Shown here one piece after another: positions 1 to 8,442 of a stretch of 64,000 nt of DNA; position 1 is the stretch's first letter, and every line of letters starts with the position of its first letter. The stretch comes from Steroidobacteraceae bacterium. Its GTDB lineage: Bacteria > Pseudomonadota > Gammaproteobacteria > Steroidobacterales > Steroidobacteraceae. The notes below the pieces were generated by a model. It was not told the DNA's origin, made no database searches, and saw nothing but the letters and a program-made list of their open reading frames with translations. A program made the position numbers and the translations under genes. The stretch covers positions 5,657 through 69,656 of the forward strand of contig DASVWT010000308.1 in the NCBI GenBank assembly GCA_036393055.1. The letters are read 5' to 3'.

Positions 1-1083
1 GGCCCAGTCCTCGAGGTGGCTGGGCGCCTTTGACCAGCCCTCGGCGGAATCCCCGTGACCCGGCAGGTCGAGCGACAGGGACGGACCGGTTTCGGAATCA
101 AAATTCGCGCCGCTGCCGCCGGCGCGGTGAAGCTGCACACGTCGCATCGCCCGCGACTCGCTGTTACTTTCCACTTCCGCCGTGCTTCGCGATCCGTGCC
201 GCCGCCATGCGATGTATTCGGACCCGACCCGCACGAACCCCCGCAGCTCCGAGTCGACAGGCGCGGGAGCCTCGTCGCCGGGGTGCTGCGCGAGGTGCGC
301 CGCACAGGCTTCGAGCAACGCGGCCGGGGCGTCGAAGACGACTCCTCTGCCGCGAAGGGGCTCCCGCTGCAGATGCGCGCAGAGCGGATCAGATCGGTTG
401 CTGGCCATCAACGCTGGCGCGCTGAGCCGCGGCATCCACTCCTGCGGCCGAAAAGTGAACGCCGCACGATACACAGCCCGGTAGGCATCACCCGCATCGA
501 GCAGATCCATGCAGTTGGCGTGAACGCCCTCCTTCGGCGTGACCGTGTAGGCCATCCGTGCGCCTTCGGTCGATTGATACCACGGAAAGAACACCGTCTG
601 CTCTTCCATGCGCGACCAGAGCCAGGTCATGTGAGACCCGTCCCAATGCGGCTCGAAGGGCGGGAGGTAGCGTGCGAGAAGGCTGGATCTCTCGCTCTCC
701 GTCCACGCAGGCAACCCATCAAATGCGACGGTCGCCGTCCGTTCGGGGAAGAGGGCCGCGAATGCGCAGGCGGTCGCCGCTCCGGTGTGAAAGCCATACA
801 GCGCCACACGGCCGAGGCCCAACCGATCCGCGAGAGCGGCCAGCGCGCGGGCGTAGTCGGCGCTGGTCGGATCGGGCAGCGGCAGGGGCTCGGAGCGTCC
901 GGCGCCTGGAGTATCGGATGCAATGGCGCACAGTCCCTTTGCCGCGCAAGCCCTTGCTTGCGCCAACACCGCGCGCGAGGACTGCGGCGAGCCGTGGATC
1001 AGGAGCACGGCGGGGCCGCGACCCATTCGCCTGTAGAAGACGCAACGACCGTCCACCTCGACGAAGTGGCGGGTGGCCTCCAT
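1..1083 (-). CDS. alpha/beta-hydrolase fold protein, apparent tandem two-domain form; partial (3' end beyond window edge)
   Basis: Absent from the ORF track because there is no stop in the window. Manual minus-strand translation from ATG 1083-1081 gives MEATRHFVEVDGRCVFYRRMGRGPAVLLIHGSPQSS..DTPGAGRS..VALYGFHTGAAT. A second hydrolase-like N-terminus (FVRVGSEYIAWRRHG..VQLHRAGGSG..LDLPGHGDS) begins near nt 230 and runs off the edge. The start overlaps the upstream stop (ATGA). Confidence 0.75.
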   Translation of the reverse strand, partial: MEATRHFVEVDGRCVFYRRMGRGPAVLLIHGSPQSSRAVLAQARACAAKGLCAIASDTPGAGRSEPLPLPDPTSADYARALAALADRLGLGRVALYGFHTGAATACAFAALFPERTATVAFDGLPAWTESERSSLLARYLPPFEPHWDGSHMTWLWSRMEEQTVFFPWYQSTEGARMAYTVTPKEGVHANCMDLLDAGDAYRAVYRAAFTFRPQEWMPRLSAPALMASNRSDPLCAHLQREPLRGRGVVFDAPAALLEACAAHLAQHPGDEAPAPVDSELRGFVRVGSEYIAWRRHGSRSTAEVESNSESRAMRRVQLHRAGGSGANFDSETGPSLSLDLPGHGDSAEGWSKAPSHLEDWA

Positions 1084-2132
1084 CAAATGAGGCCCGCCGC
1101 ATCGAGCGCCGCGATGACCCGCTTCTGCCGCTCCACGTAGAAGGCGTGCGTGGGGCCGATGAGATCGCCGCCTGCATCGAGGAGACTGTTCCCCGGCTGC
1201 ACTTCACGGCCGGCCAGCGCCTCGCGCCACAGGCCGATGGGCTGCCGCGAAAGCAGATTCCCCATGCCGGGACGGCGGCGATAGCGGCGCAGGCCCGCCA
1301 GATCGATCTCCGCGCAGGCCGCCATGCTCTCTCCGAAGCCGGCCTCCGCCAGAATCAGACCCCGGTAGTCGACGACCTTCGAGGAGGCATCGGTGGAGGA
1401 GGCAGGTATGGCGATGCCCTCGATCCCTGCCGTATTGGCCGACACGACGTAGGCGAGATTCTCGATGGCGCGGGCCTGCTTGGCGATGTTCTTCGGCGTC
1501 GCGAGCGCACTGGCGATCTCGCTGCTGGAATGGACGAACACCTCCGCGCCGCGCAGCGCCAGCGCGCGGGCGATCTCCGGATACAGGATCTCCTCCGACG
1601 CGATTGCCGCCAGCCGGCCGAGCTCGGTGTCGGCGACCGGGAAGATTGAATCTTTGCCATATCGGGCGATGTAGCGGTCCCAAACATCATACGGCGTGGG
1701 GCTGAACAAAGAGATCAGCCGCCGGTAGCGCAGGATCACCTTCCCCGCCGGGGCGATCACGAACGACGCCTGGAAGTAAAGACCGGGGAAGTGCGCATCC
1801 GACTCGTAGGCGTTGCCGGCCAGAAAAATCCCGGCGTCGCGCGCAATGGAGCCGAGCGCATCGTATTCGGCGCCGTCGGGCGCCAGAGCCGCTCTCCTCG
1901 CCCAGGATTGCGCGCCCTCCTGCATGGGGAAGCCCGTTAGGAAATACTCCGGCAGCGCCACCAGACGGACATCGGGACCGGCAAAGCGCTTGGCGCCCGC
2001 GATCTGGCGGCCGACCCTCTCGATGCTCGACATCATCGCTGCCCGGGTTGCCGCCGGATCGGAAATTCCACTCACGGCGTTGCAGTGCGTCTGCAATGCG
2101 AGCGCGAGATATGGCTGAGGCTCGGACATCAT
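1083..2132 (-). CDS. carbon-nitrogen hydrolase (nitrilase superfamily) protein, atypical active-site residues
   Basis: ORF track 1083..2222, start trimmed to ATG 2132 (GGGGGA just upstream; MMSEPQPYLALALQ). Family hallmarks: VALPEYFLTGFP, ILRYRRLISLF, AAIASEEILYPEIARALALRGAEVFV, AIENLAYVVSAN. Confidence 0.85.
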   Translation of the reverse strand: MMSEPQPYLALALQTHCNAVSGISDPAATRAAMMSSIERVGRQIAGAKRFAGPDVRLVALPEYFLTGFPMQEGAQSWARRAALAPDGAEYDALGSIARDAGIFLAGNAYESDAHFPGLYFQASFVIAPAGKVILRYRRLISLFSPTPYDVWDRYIARYGKDSIFPVADTELGRLAAIASEEILYPEIARALALRGAEVFVHSSSEIASALATPKNIAKQARAIENLAYVVSANTAGIEGIAIPASSTDASSKVVDYRGLILAEAGFGESMAACAEIDLAGLRRYRRRPGMGNLLSRQPIGLWREALAGREVQPGNSLLDAGGDLIGPTHAFYVERQKRVIAALDAAGLI

Positions 2133-2329
2133 TTCCCCCGTAGCAGCCACCAGAGGACACGCGGCCGCAGCGCCTGGGTAAGCAGTGCGCGAACCTCCGG
2201 TGCCGCAAGCGATGCCTCGCAAGGCAGCATACCGGCAACGCCCTTCAGGATCAGCTTGTCAGGCGGCCGCCCGAGCTCCAGCCGATCGAGCCGCAGGTCG
2301 AGCTTCATCGCCGGAGTCGTGACACGCAC
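2129..2329 (-). CDS. hypothetical small protein (66 aa)
   Basis: ORF track 2129..2329 (GTG 2329; internal ATG 2308 gives MKLDLRL). GGAG lies 6 nt upstream, directly after the upstream stop. Its TGA overlaps the next gene's ATG (ATGATG at 2127-2132). Codons are GC3-rich. No recognisable domain. Confidence 0.35.
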   Translation of the reverse strand: MRVTTPAMKLDLRLDRLELGRPPDKLILKGVAGMLPCEASLAAPEVRALLTQALRPRVLWWLLRGK

Positions 2330-2339
2330 CGGAGGCTCC

Positions 2340-3869
2340 TCAGGCAGCGCGCGACCGGGTCGCCGGCCACGGTTGGAGCCGCGCCGCGTTCGCGCCTGCA
2401 GCCCGCCCCGAGATCATCGCTTCGGTCAGGTAAGAGCCGTTCTGATAGAGATTGGAGAACATCGACCCGAGCTCACCGGCCTCATACAGACGCGGAATCG
2501 GCGTGCCGTCGTGACCCAGCACCTCGGACTCTATGTTGCGCCTGGCGCCGCCGCCGGTACAGACGATCGCCGGCAGGATCTCGATGGCGTAGAAGGGCGG
2601 CTTATCGATGGGCGCAAGGGTCTCGCGGGTGCGTCCGAACTCCTCGTCCTTTCCGCGCGCGCAGCTCTCGTTATATCGCCTCACCGTTTCGGCCAAAGCA
2701 GCCGGGTCGCGCTGGATCTTCTGCGCCAGCGCTTCAATCGAGTCGGCACGCGCGATCCAGCCGCGGCTGACTTCCGCCGCGTTGTCCTCACTCCACTCGT
2801 ACTTCTCGACGACCGTATTCCACGTCATCACGGTGGTGACCAGGCGATTGTACACGCGGGTGGTCTCATCGAAGATCATGTGCATCGGCAGCACCCGGTG
2901 GTGCGGCGTGTCGATCCACTCCCCGTGCTCGCGCTGCTTGTAGTGCGTCAGCTGCCATTCCCCGGTCTCGTTGAAGAAGCGGCGGTGATCGCGGCCGATG
3001 TCGATCCAGCTGAAGCTCTGCCAGAAGAGCTGGCGCAGGAACACCGTGTCGTGGCCCGGGTAGCGAAAGCCCGGCCAGATGCCGCCCGACTGGCCCTGAT
3101 TGCGCAGGTGCCACATGTCGGCGCCCGCCTTCTGCAGGATCCGGATGCCGTCGCCGTCGTTGCCCGGGGTTCCCAGCGGATGGGCGTGGGCCAGGCCGAA
3201 GTAGTTGCGCTGCATGTCGAGGTTGTTCTCGAACCCGCCGGTGCAGAGCACGACGCCTCGGCGCGCCCGGACGTTGAGGCGCTTCCCGCCGGACTCCACC
3301 ACGGCACCGAACACCTCGAGAGTGTCCGGATCCTGGATGAGATCGACGATTCGCGACTCGAAGCGCCTGCGGATGCGCGTCCTGCGCTCCACGCAGGCGT
3401 GGAAGGCGAGCCATACCCCGCTCGGGACCGGCAGGATGGTGGCGGTGTGCGCCACCGCTTCGGCGGCGCCGAATTCCGGGAATTCGAGCACCGCGATGCG
3501 ATCGGACCAGCCGGTCCCCTGGACGTACTGCGCTCCCGCCTCGGCGGCACGCTGTTGAATGTAGGGCTCCAGGGCCACCATCCGGCGCGCCCAGGCATCG
3601 AGCATGTCCTCCGGAATGGGATTCGGGGCGCTCATGGCGCGCTGATAGCTCTTCAGCGCCTCGAGGTTCTTCGAGATCAGCAGCGACTGGCCCGATACCC
3701 GGGAGTTGCCGCCGCAGAGGGCCTCCGGCATCTTCTCGAGGATCAGGACATCGATCTTCGGATCGGCGTCATGCGCCTCGATCGCCGCCGCCGCTCCCGC
3801 CATGCCGAAGCCGCAGATGAGGACGTCCGTTTCCTCGTGCCACTCGCTCACACTATTCAAACTTGCCAT
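2340..3869 (-). CDS. FAD-dependent oxidoreductase (fumarate reductase/KstD-like flavoprotein family)
   Basis: 509-aa ORF. N-terminal dinucleotide fold DVLICGFGMAGAAAAIEA..LILEK..GGNS. C-terminal FAD-closing motif RLYEAGELGS. GGGAG RBS. Confidence 0.85.
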   Translation of the reverse strand: MASLNSVSEWHEETDVLICGFGMAGAAAAIEAHDADPKIDVLILEKMPEALCGGNSRVSGQSLLISKNLEALKSYQRAMSAPNPIPEDMLDAWARRMVALEPYIQQRAAEAGAQYVQGTGWSDRIAVLEFPEFGAAEAVAHTATILPVPSGVWLAFHACVERRTRIRRRFESRIVDLIQDPDTLEVFGAVVESGGKRLNVRARRGVVLCTGGFENNLDMQRNYFGLAHAHPLGTPGNDGDGIRILQKAGADMWHLRNQGQSGGIWPGFRYPGHDTVFLRQLFWQSFSWIDIGRDHRRFFNETGEWQLTHYKQREHGEWIDTPHHRVLPMHMIFDETTRVYNRLVTTVMTWNTVVEKYEWSEDNAAEVSRGWIARADSIEALAQKIQRDPAALAETVRRYNESCARGKDEEFGRTRETLAPIDKPPFYAIEILPAIVCTGGGARRNIESEVLGHDGTPIPRLYEAGELGSMFSNLYQNGSYLTEAMISGRAAGANAARLQPWPATRSRAA

Positions 3870-3882
3870 GGATAGACTCCCA

Positions 3883-6171
3883 TCAGAATCGAATCCGCCC
3901 CTCGAGACCGAACATCTGCTTGTCCGGCAACGCGTAGGCGAACGAGCGCTCCGGCCCCAGGAATACCGGGCTGAACCCGGCGGCCGAAAAATCGATGTAG
4001 CGCAGGATGTAGTTCACGTTCCGGCTGTTGGTGAGATTCGTTCCCCAGGCCGTGATCGACCATAGATCCGTCTCGACGCCGAGGCGCGCGTTGAGAATGC
4101 CCTGCGAGCCGGTGTCGGCGAGATTCTCGCTCTCGTCATAGCGGCTGGACTTATAGGAATACGCCGGGCGCAGGAACACCCTGACCCCAAGGGACGTGGG
4201 AATCGTCAGATCCGCTTGCAATCCGCCCATGAATCGCGGCACATCCGGCAACGTCTTGCCCCGGGCGTTTCCCGTCGGACCCTGGAGGCAGGCCCCATCG
4301 GTGATGGGACCGTCAAAGTAGACATAGTCGGGCGTGTACTGGCCCGCCAGATTGCACAGATCCTGGAAGCCCTGGAAGCTGTCGTACACCGACTCGCTCC
4401 AGGCTGCATCCGCTCGCAGGGTCAGGACCCGGCTGACCTTCGCTGCCGCATTCAGCTCGATGCCCTGCGTATGCGCCGCACCCGCGTTCGTGTCGTAGGA
4501 GTTGATGCCGCCGCTCGGTGTCACGACCGTCGAGGTCACCTGCAGGTCGTGGATCCTGTTGTAGTAGACGTCCGCGTCCACCAGCAGCCGCCGATCCAGC
4601 CATTCGCTCTTCACGCCCAGCTCGTAAGCCAGCAGCTTCTCCTCCCCGAACGAGTCCTGCGGGGTGTACGGGCTGTTGAAGCCGCCCGGCTTGGTGCCCT
4701 CGCCGATGGAGGCGTACAACATCACCTGTGGCCGGACCTTGTAGTCGAGCACCACGCGCGGGAGCACCGAGTCATACGCCGCGTACTCGTCATAGCTCGC
4801 GAGCGGCTGCACATAGCGGATGCCGTCGCGCTGCAGCCGCAGCTCCGCGCTCAAGGTCCACTGGGGATTGAAGCTGTACTGCACCTGCCCGAAGACCGCA
4901 GCGTTGTGATCGCTGCCGGTGTAACTGTTGAGCGCCCCGTAGAGTAGCAGGTCGTAGGGCGCGAACACGTCCGCCGTCGCATCGATCTCGTAGTACCAGT
5001 ATGCGCCGAGCTGGTAACGCAGCGCCTGGTCTTGTGGAGACGTGAGGCGCAGCTCCTCGGATATCGAGTGACTGTCGGTATTGGTGGCCGTGAGCAGCGC
5101 ATCGGGCGGAAGCCCCGTGGAGGGCGACAGCACCAGCGCATCGTAGGACTGGTCGAGCCCCACCTTCTGGTGGTTCGTGTCCCAGCCGGTGGTGTTGGTG
5201 ACGGTGAAGCCGTTGAAGCGGTAATGCGCAATCAGGCTGGCGCGGGTCGTGGAGCTGGTATAGCCGTGATCGACCGGCGTGCTTTCGAGATTGACGTAAT
5301 CGTGCGGATGAATCGTTCCACAGTAGTACGGATAGACGTCGAGGAAGCAATTGTCCTGGCTTGCATCCTGATAGCCGATGGCTGCCGGGCCGTCGTCATC
5401 GCGGCTGTAGCCGACGCGCACGGTAGCGTCGAATGCGTCACCCGCAACGTAGCGCAGGCTGGCCGAGCCGGCCTTGGTCTGCTGAGTGTCATCCTTCCTG
5501 CCGTCGTACAGGTTGAGGTACTCGCCGTTGCGGTCGTAGTAGCTGCCATTGACCTGGAAAAACAAGGTGTTCGACACGATGGGGCCTGAAGCGTTTCCGG
5601 AGAAGCGCTGATAGCCGTAACTGCCGAATGACGCGTCCAGATCGCCCTCGAAGTCGTTGGTCGGCTGGCGCGTGATGTAGTTGATCGCACCCGCCTCCGT
5701 GCCGCGTCCGTAGAGCGCCGATTGCGGTCCGCGCAGGACTTCCACGCGCTCGACGTCCGAGAGGTCGAAGCTCTCCAGCGAGCCGCGTACGTACACGCCG
5801 TCGACGAAATTGGCGTAAGGCTTGTAGGACAGCGCCGCATTCGAAATGCTCGTAACGCCCCGGATCACCGTGCTGGTGCTCGAGTCCTGGCGGCCGAACG
5901 TGCTGCCGTAGCTCATCCCCGGCGTGAATTGCGCGATCTGACTCAGGTCGGTATAGCCCTGCTGGGTGATTTGCGCGGAAGTGACCGCAGTGACGGCCAT
6001 CGGAACCTCCTGCAGGGGCAGGGCGACCTTGGTGGCCGTCACCGTGACTTCCTGGAGCTGCAGCGGCTCGGTCGTGCCCGATGCGCCAGAGCCGCTTTGC
6101 GCCATGGCGCTTTGGATGCCGCCGCCGGTGAGGGCCAGTGCAAGGACGAGCGCGGGACGGATTTGAGTCAT
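3883..6171 (-). CDS. TonB-dependent receptor
   Basis: ORF track 3883..6243, start trimmed to ATG 6171, giving signal peptide MTQIRPALVLALALTGGGIQSAMA. Plug motifs VTVTATK and VEVLRGPQSALYGRG. C-terminal ..GLEGRIRF aromatic terminus. Confidence 0.9.
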   Translation of the reverse strand: MTQIRPALVLALALTGGGIQSAMAQSGSGASGTTEPLQLQEVTVTATKVALPLQEVPMAVTAVTSAQITQQGYTDLSQIAQFTPGMSYGSTFGRQDSSTSTVIRGVTSISNAALSYKPYANFVDGVYVRGSLESFDLSDVERVEVLRGPQSALYGRGTEAGAINYITRQPTNDFEGDLDASFGSYGYQRFSGNASGPIVSNTLFFQVNGSYYDRNGEYLNLYDGRKDDTQQTKAGSASLRYVAGDAFDATVRVGYSRDDDGPAAIGYQDASQDNCFLDVYPYYCGTIHPHDYVNLESTPVDHGYTSSTTRASLIAHYRFNGFTVTNTTGWDTNHQKVGLDQSYDALVLSPSTGLPPDALLTATNTDSHSISEELRLTSPQDQALRYQLGAYWYYEIDATADVFAPYDLLLYGALNSYTGSDHNAAVFGQVQYSFNPQWTLSAELRLQRDGIRYVQPLASYDEYAAYDSVLPRVVLDYKVRPQVMLYASIGEGTKPGGFNSPYTPQDSFGEEKLLAYELGVKSEWLDRRLLVDADVYYNRIHDLQVTSTVVTPSGGINSYDTNAGAAHTQGIELNAAAKVSRVLTLRADAAWSESVYDSFQGFQDLCNLAGQYTPDYVYFDGPITDGACLQGPTGNARGKTLPDVPRFMGGLQADLTIPTSLGVRVFLRPAYSYKSSRYDESENLADTGSQGILNARLGVETDLWSITAWGTNLTNSRNVNYILRYIDFSAAGFSPVFLGPERSFAYALPDKQMFGLEGRIRF

Positions 6172-6242
6172 CGTTGGAACTCTCTCGCTGTTGCTCGATG
6201 TGACCGCACCTGCGGCCGAATGGTCGCCGCGGAGCCGCGGCA

Positions 6243-7034
6243 TCAGTGCTGTTTCCGGCCGGACCCGCGCCGCAGCGCCATCCGGTACCGATATCTGTCG
6301 GCGCGGTAGTGGGCGAGAGTCCGCTCCACCCCTCTACCAGTGCTATCGAATACGACGCGCTCGATGATGACGAGCGGCGCGCCCGCCGGAACGCCGAGCA
6401 AGTGCGCCATCTTCGTCGAGGCGAGGCCCGCTCCGATCTCCTGATGCGAGTCGCCGATCCGGATGCCCGCCTGCTCCAGCAGCGCGAAGGTCGGTGCGCG
6501 CGTGGGACTCGGAGGCGGCACGCGCCGCGCGATGTCCTCCGGCACCCAGTTGATGACCTGTCCGAGAGGCGATTGGTGGAGCATCCGCAGATGGCTCACC
6601 CGCTGCACTTTTCCCTCGCCGCTCATATGCAGTGCAGCGCGAGTCGCCTCGTCGGGTTGCAGGTATCTGACCGAGAGATTGCACGCCGTGGTCAAATGAG
6701 TGAAGTCGCTGACGCTGTCGAGGACGTGGCTCCAGTCGACCGGCAGCGGCGGCAGCCGCAGATCGGGCGTGACGAACGTGCCGCGCCCCTGTTGGCGCGA
6801 GAGCCATCCGTCGCGCTCGAGCTCGTCCAGGGAGCGACGCACGGTGATGCGCGATACATTGAAGGAGCGGCACAGCTCTGCTTCGGTGGGAATGCGTTGC
6901 GCGGGCACGTAGACGCCCTCCCGTATCCAGCGCTGAATCGCGACGTAAACCTGGTAATAGCGCGGCGTGGGCGCATCGGCAGCGAGCGAGACGGGGCCAC
7001 CCGCCGATGCCGCCTCGGGGATGTCCCGCGCCAT
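6243..7034 (-). CDS. GntR-family transcriptional regulator (HutC/UTRA type)
   Basis: ORF track 6243..7061 (GTG); ATG 7034 is used here, so the start is uncertain. Winged-helix signature RIPTEAELCRSFNVSRITVRRSLDELERDGWLSRQQGRGTFV plus a ~150-aa effector domain. Confidence 0.85.
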   Translation of the reverse strand: MARDIPEAASAGGPVSLAADAPTPRYYQVYVAIQRWIREGVYVPAQRIPTEAELCRSFNVSRITVRRSLDELERDGWLSRQQGRGTFVTPDLRLPPLPVDWSHVLDSVSDFTHLTTACNLSVRYLQPDEATRAALHMSGEGKVQRVSHLRMLHQSPLGQVINWVPEDIARRVPPPSPTRAPTFALLEQAGIRIGDSHQEIGAGLASTKMAHLLGVPAGAPLVIIERVVFDSTGRGVERTLAHYRADRYRYRMALRRGSGRKQH

Positions 7035-7042
7035 CGTGGCTC

Positions 7043-8263
7043 TCACCGGGCCCAGCGCCACTTGCTGGCGACATACCGGGCCATCGCCTCGCCATCCGGC
7101 GGCAAGGTCTTGGCCAGGATGTCCGGCGGATACGGCCCGACGTAGCGATCGAACACCGGCCGGTAAAGATCCATGTAGGCCATCGGCTGGCGGTGGAAGC
7201 GGCGGAACTGCCCGATGGGGATGGGCACCACGACTTCCTGCTCCTGGTTGTCGGCGTCGGCCTTGCCGAGGAGCTCGCCGCGAGGCCCGTACGCGACGCT
7301 GCCGCCATACCCCTGTGAAATGCCCCAGCCGCCCGCACTGGGGAAGAATCCAGGATTGTCCGGCGAAATCGCGTTGTTCGCGACGCAGCTATAGATACCG
7401 TTGTAATAGGCATCCGCCTGAGCATCGATTGGGGTGAACCCGCCGGTGGCGGTGCGCAGGAATATCTCGCAGCCCTTCATGGCCGCGGCGCGCGGCAGCT
7501 CAGGATCGCCCTGCGTCGAGGTGGTCGTGAAGTTGCCGATGTCGGTGCGCACGACCGGCACCACCGCGTCCCAGCCGTACATCTCCACGAAGCGGCTGAG
7601 ATTGTCGAAGATGGTGGAGGTGAAGACCTCGAATTTGCCGCCCGCCCATACGCCGCGCAGGTCGCGCGCCTTCCAGCTCTTGTTGATGATCTTGCCGCTG
7701 GGCGCGATGGTCGTCGCGATCGACAGCACGTGCCCCGGCCAGTCGCGGTCCCTGGCATAGGACCCGAACACGATGTAGCAATCGTGCTCGCGCGCCTTGG
7801 CCGAGAGCGCCTCGGTTTCCTCGCCCGGCAACTCGATCGCGATTTTCAGAGCGTCTTTTCGATCCCACCGGTCGGAGTATCCGGTCAGCGCGAATTCGTG
7901 GAAAAAGAGCAGATCGTTCTTGAGGAAGAGGCCGCCATGCTGGGCCTCGTCGATCAGCTCGATCATGTGGGCGAGGTTCGCCTTCAGGCCAGGCTTCGGG
8001 TTGGCGGCGTCGACCTGCCGGACACGCATCTGCACGACGGAGATGGCGATCACCTCCTTGCGCAGAGGCACGGTCGAATAGGTGCCGTCGGTGCGCAGGT
8101 CGATCGTGTTTTCCCCCGGCGGCAGCGGGTCGGCCGCCGCCCGGGCCGGCACCGCCGCGCGCGCGCCGGACGGCAGCCCGGCCCCCATTGCGACGCCCAG
8201 CGGGACGGCGGCGGCCAGTACGTTGCGGCGGGTGATGGCGGGCGGGACGGCGGATTTCTTCAT
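7043..8263 (-). CDS. Tat-exported nitrilase-superfamily (aliphatic amidase/formamidase-like) protein, atypical active site
   Basis: ORF track 7043..8416, start trimmed to ATG 8263. MKKSAVPPAITRRNVLAAAVPLGVAMGAGLPSGARA is a twin-arginine signal with an AxA site. Mature part: LLFFHEFALTGY, INKSWKARD, IGNFTTTSTQGDPELPRAAAMKGCEIFLR. Confidence 0.8.
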   Translation of the reverse strand: MKKSAVPPAITRRNVLAAAVPLGVAMGAGLPSGARAAVPARAAADPLPPGENTIDLRTDGTYSTVPLRKEVIAISVVQMRVRQVDAANPKPGLKANLAHMIELIDEAQHGGLFLKNDLLFFHEFALTGYSDRWDRKDALKIAIELPGEETEALSAKAREHDCYIVFGSYARDRDWPGHVLSIATTIAPSGKIINKSWKARDLRGVWAGGKFEVFTSTIFDNLSRFVEMYGWDAVVPVVRTDIGNFTTTSTQGDPELPRAAAMKGCEIFLRTATGGFTPIDAQADAYYNGIYSCVANNAISPDNPGFFPSAGGWGISQGYGGSVAYGPRGELLGKADADNQEQEVVVPIPIGQFRRFHRQPMAYMDLYRPVFDRYVGPYPPDILAKTLPPDGEAMARYVASKWRWAR

Positions 8264-8297
8264 GTGGCTCGGCCTGCTGTCGTGGGGGTGCGATATT

Positions 8298-8343
8298 GTT
8301 ATAGCAAAAATACAAATCGTCGACAAGCCTATTGTCCGGACAT
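8298..8343. promoter_or_regulatory. divergent control region: palindromic operator TTGTCCGGACAT plus minus-strand sigma70-like promoter
   Basis: The 12-mer at 8332-8343 matches the recurring palindrome TTGTCCGGACAA. On the minus strand: TTGTCG (8326-8321), 17-nt spacer, TG-extended TATAAC (8303-8298), about 35 nt upstream of ATG 8263. Confidence 0.5.
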
Positions 8344-8397
8344 TTTTTTCGGACCATCGGCGGGTCTTGGCGGCGGCGCACCCGGGCGGCGGTAAAA

Positions 8398-8421
8398 TGC
8401 TATAATCGTAAGTCAATTGAC
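8398..8421 (+). promoter_or_regulatory. TG-extended -10 promoter element followed by perfect 10-bp palindrome
   Basis: TGcTATAAT at 8398-8406. GTCAATTGAC (8412-8421) lies at the expected transcription start, 22 nt before GTG 8443. ATTGAC recurs at 8434-8439. Confidence 0.45.
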
Positions 8422-8442
8422 CCGCAGCGGGAGATTGACCCA

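Noticed and set aside
55-1140. Long ORFs in alternative frames or on opposite strands. Examples: 55-1140(+), 2085-3875(+), 15039-16577(-), 16216-17736(-), the 5' part of 20005-22557(+), 22623-24467(-), 29792-31240(-), the 5' part of 49978-52749(+), 55454-56806(-) and 57969-59960(-).
   Set aside because: Their translations are Arg/Gly/Pro/Ala-rich low-complexity strings with no motifs. Each lies antisense or out of frame to an ORF with clear family signatures. These are the shadow ORFs expected in GC-rich DNA.
8332-8442. N-terminal extensions of ORFs 8332-9159, 9063-10712, 42823-44412, 36349-37335 and 48853-49854.
   Set aside because: The extensions run through promoter/operator regions or the preceding gene and are Arg-rich. 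Downstream starts have proper RBSs or start/stop overlaps and match paralog N-termini.
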